From: Octopus sinensis
Lineage: Eukaryota
Length of the DNA: 19,412 nt
NCBI RefSeq assembly: GCF_006345805.1
Contig: NW_021824265.1
Span: 1-19,412 of the forward strand
Direction: 5' to 3'
The translations under genes were made by a program, and so were the position numbers. The notes under the pieces are model-generated. The model made no database searches. It had not been told where the DNA came from and saw only the letters and a program-made list of their open reading frames with translations. Positions within the stretch are counted from its first letter, which is position 1; each line of letters begins with the position of its first letter. This document shows positions 19,005 to 19,412 of the stretch, one piece after another.

Positions 19005-19206
19005 TTATATATATTATATATGTGTGTATATATATATGTATATATGTGTATGTATATATACATATACATATATGTGTATAAATGTATATATATATATATA
19101 TATATGTAATGTATATACATGTATAGAGTATTATATTGTATATATATATATATATATATATAATGTATATATGTATATGTTTATACATATATCTATGTAT
19201 ATATAA

Positions 19207-19277
<71 letters not shown>
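19005..19277. repeat. (AT)n / (ATGT)n tract
   Basis: Seen directly. Confidence 0.95.
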
Positions 19278-19278
<1 letters not shown>

Positions 19279-19412
19279 TTTTGGGATTTGGTTTGCAAGA
19301 TTCTTTATATGAGTTCGTGTGTTGAGGCATATTCTGTTGTGTCTGAGGAGAGTCATTTTCTTTTGTGTGCCTTATTATTTAACACACTCTCCGGTAAACT
19401 TTCCACTTATTT

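Noticed and set aside
3807-19356. Most ORF-track entries (poly-HT, CV, YI, I, N, H, L)
   Set aside because: They are translations of di- and trinucleotide microsatellites.
19278-19412. Repeat-like segment with GTCTGAGGAGAG, shared with 16085-16096
   Set aside because: No GAAA or stem II partner within the window; it may be another PLE-type fragment but is truncated by the window end.
1-19412. CRISPR array, rRNA or true tRNA genes
   Set aside because: No regularly spaced repeat-spacer units or rRNA motifs; the tRNA-like A/B boxes all belong to SINE heads.

Overview
AT-rich, microsatellite-dense eukaryotic DNA. The repeat families resemble those I recall from Octopus/coleoid cephalopod genomes (inference, no search run). 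No intact, recognisable protein-coding gene, rRNA, tRNA or CRISPR array is present, and most ORF-track entries are translations of simple repeats. What is supportable: (1) about a dozen tRNA-headed SINE copies from at least three families, two with clear target-site duplications; (2) one complete 389-bp non-autonomous Helitron; (3) a dense set of type I hammerhead-ribozyme (HHR) motifs in at least four short repeat families that look like Penelope-like element (PLE) terminal-repeat remnants. Three HHRs have intact catalytic cores, copies show stem I covariation, and three inverted duplications break at or through the HHR core. (4) A splice-site-bounded, acidic, stop-interrupted minus-strand pseudo-exon (8151-7192) whose frame becomes continuous when a SINE is removed, plus several weaker exon candidates on both strands. 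The HHR/PLE system and the decayed minus-strand gene most deserve follow-up.
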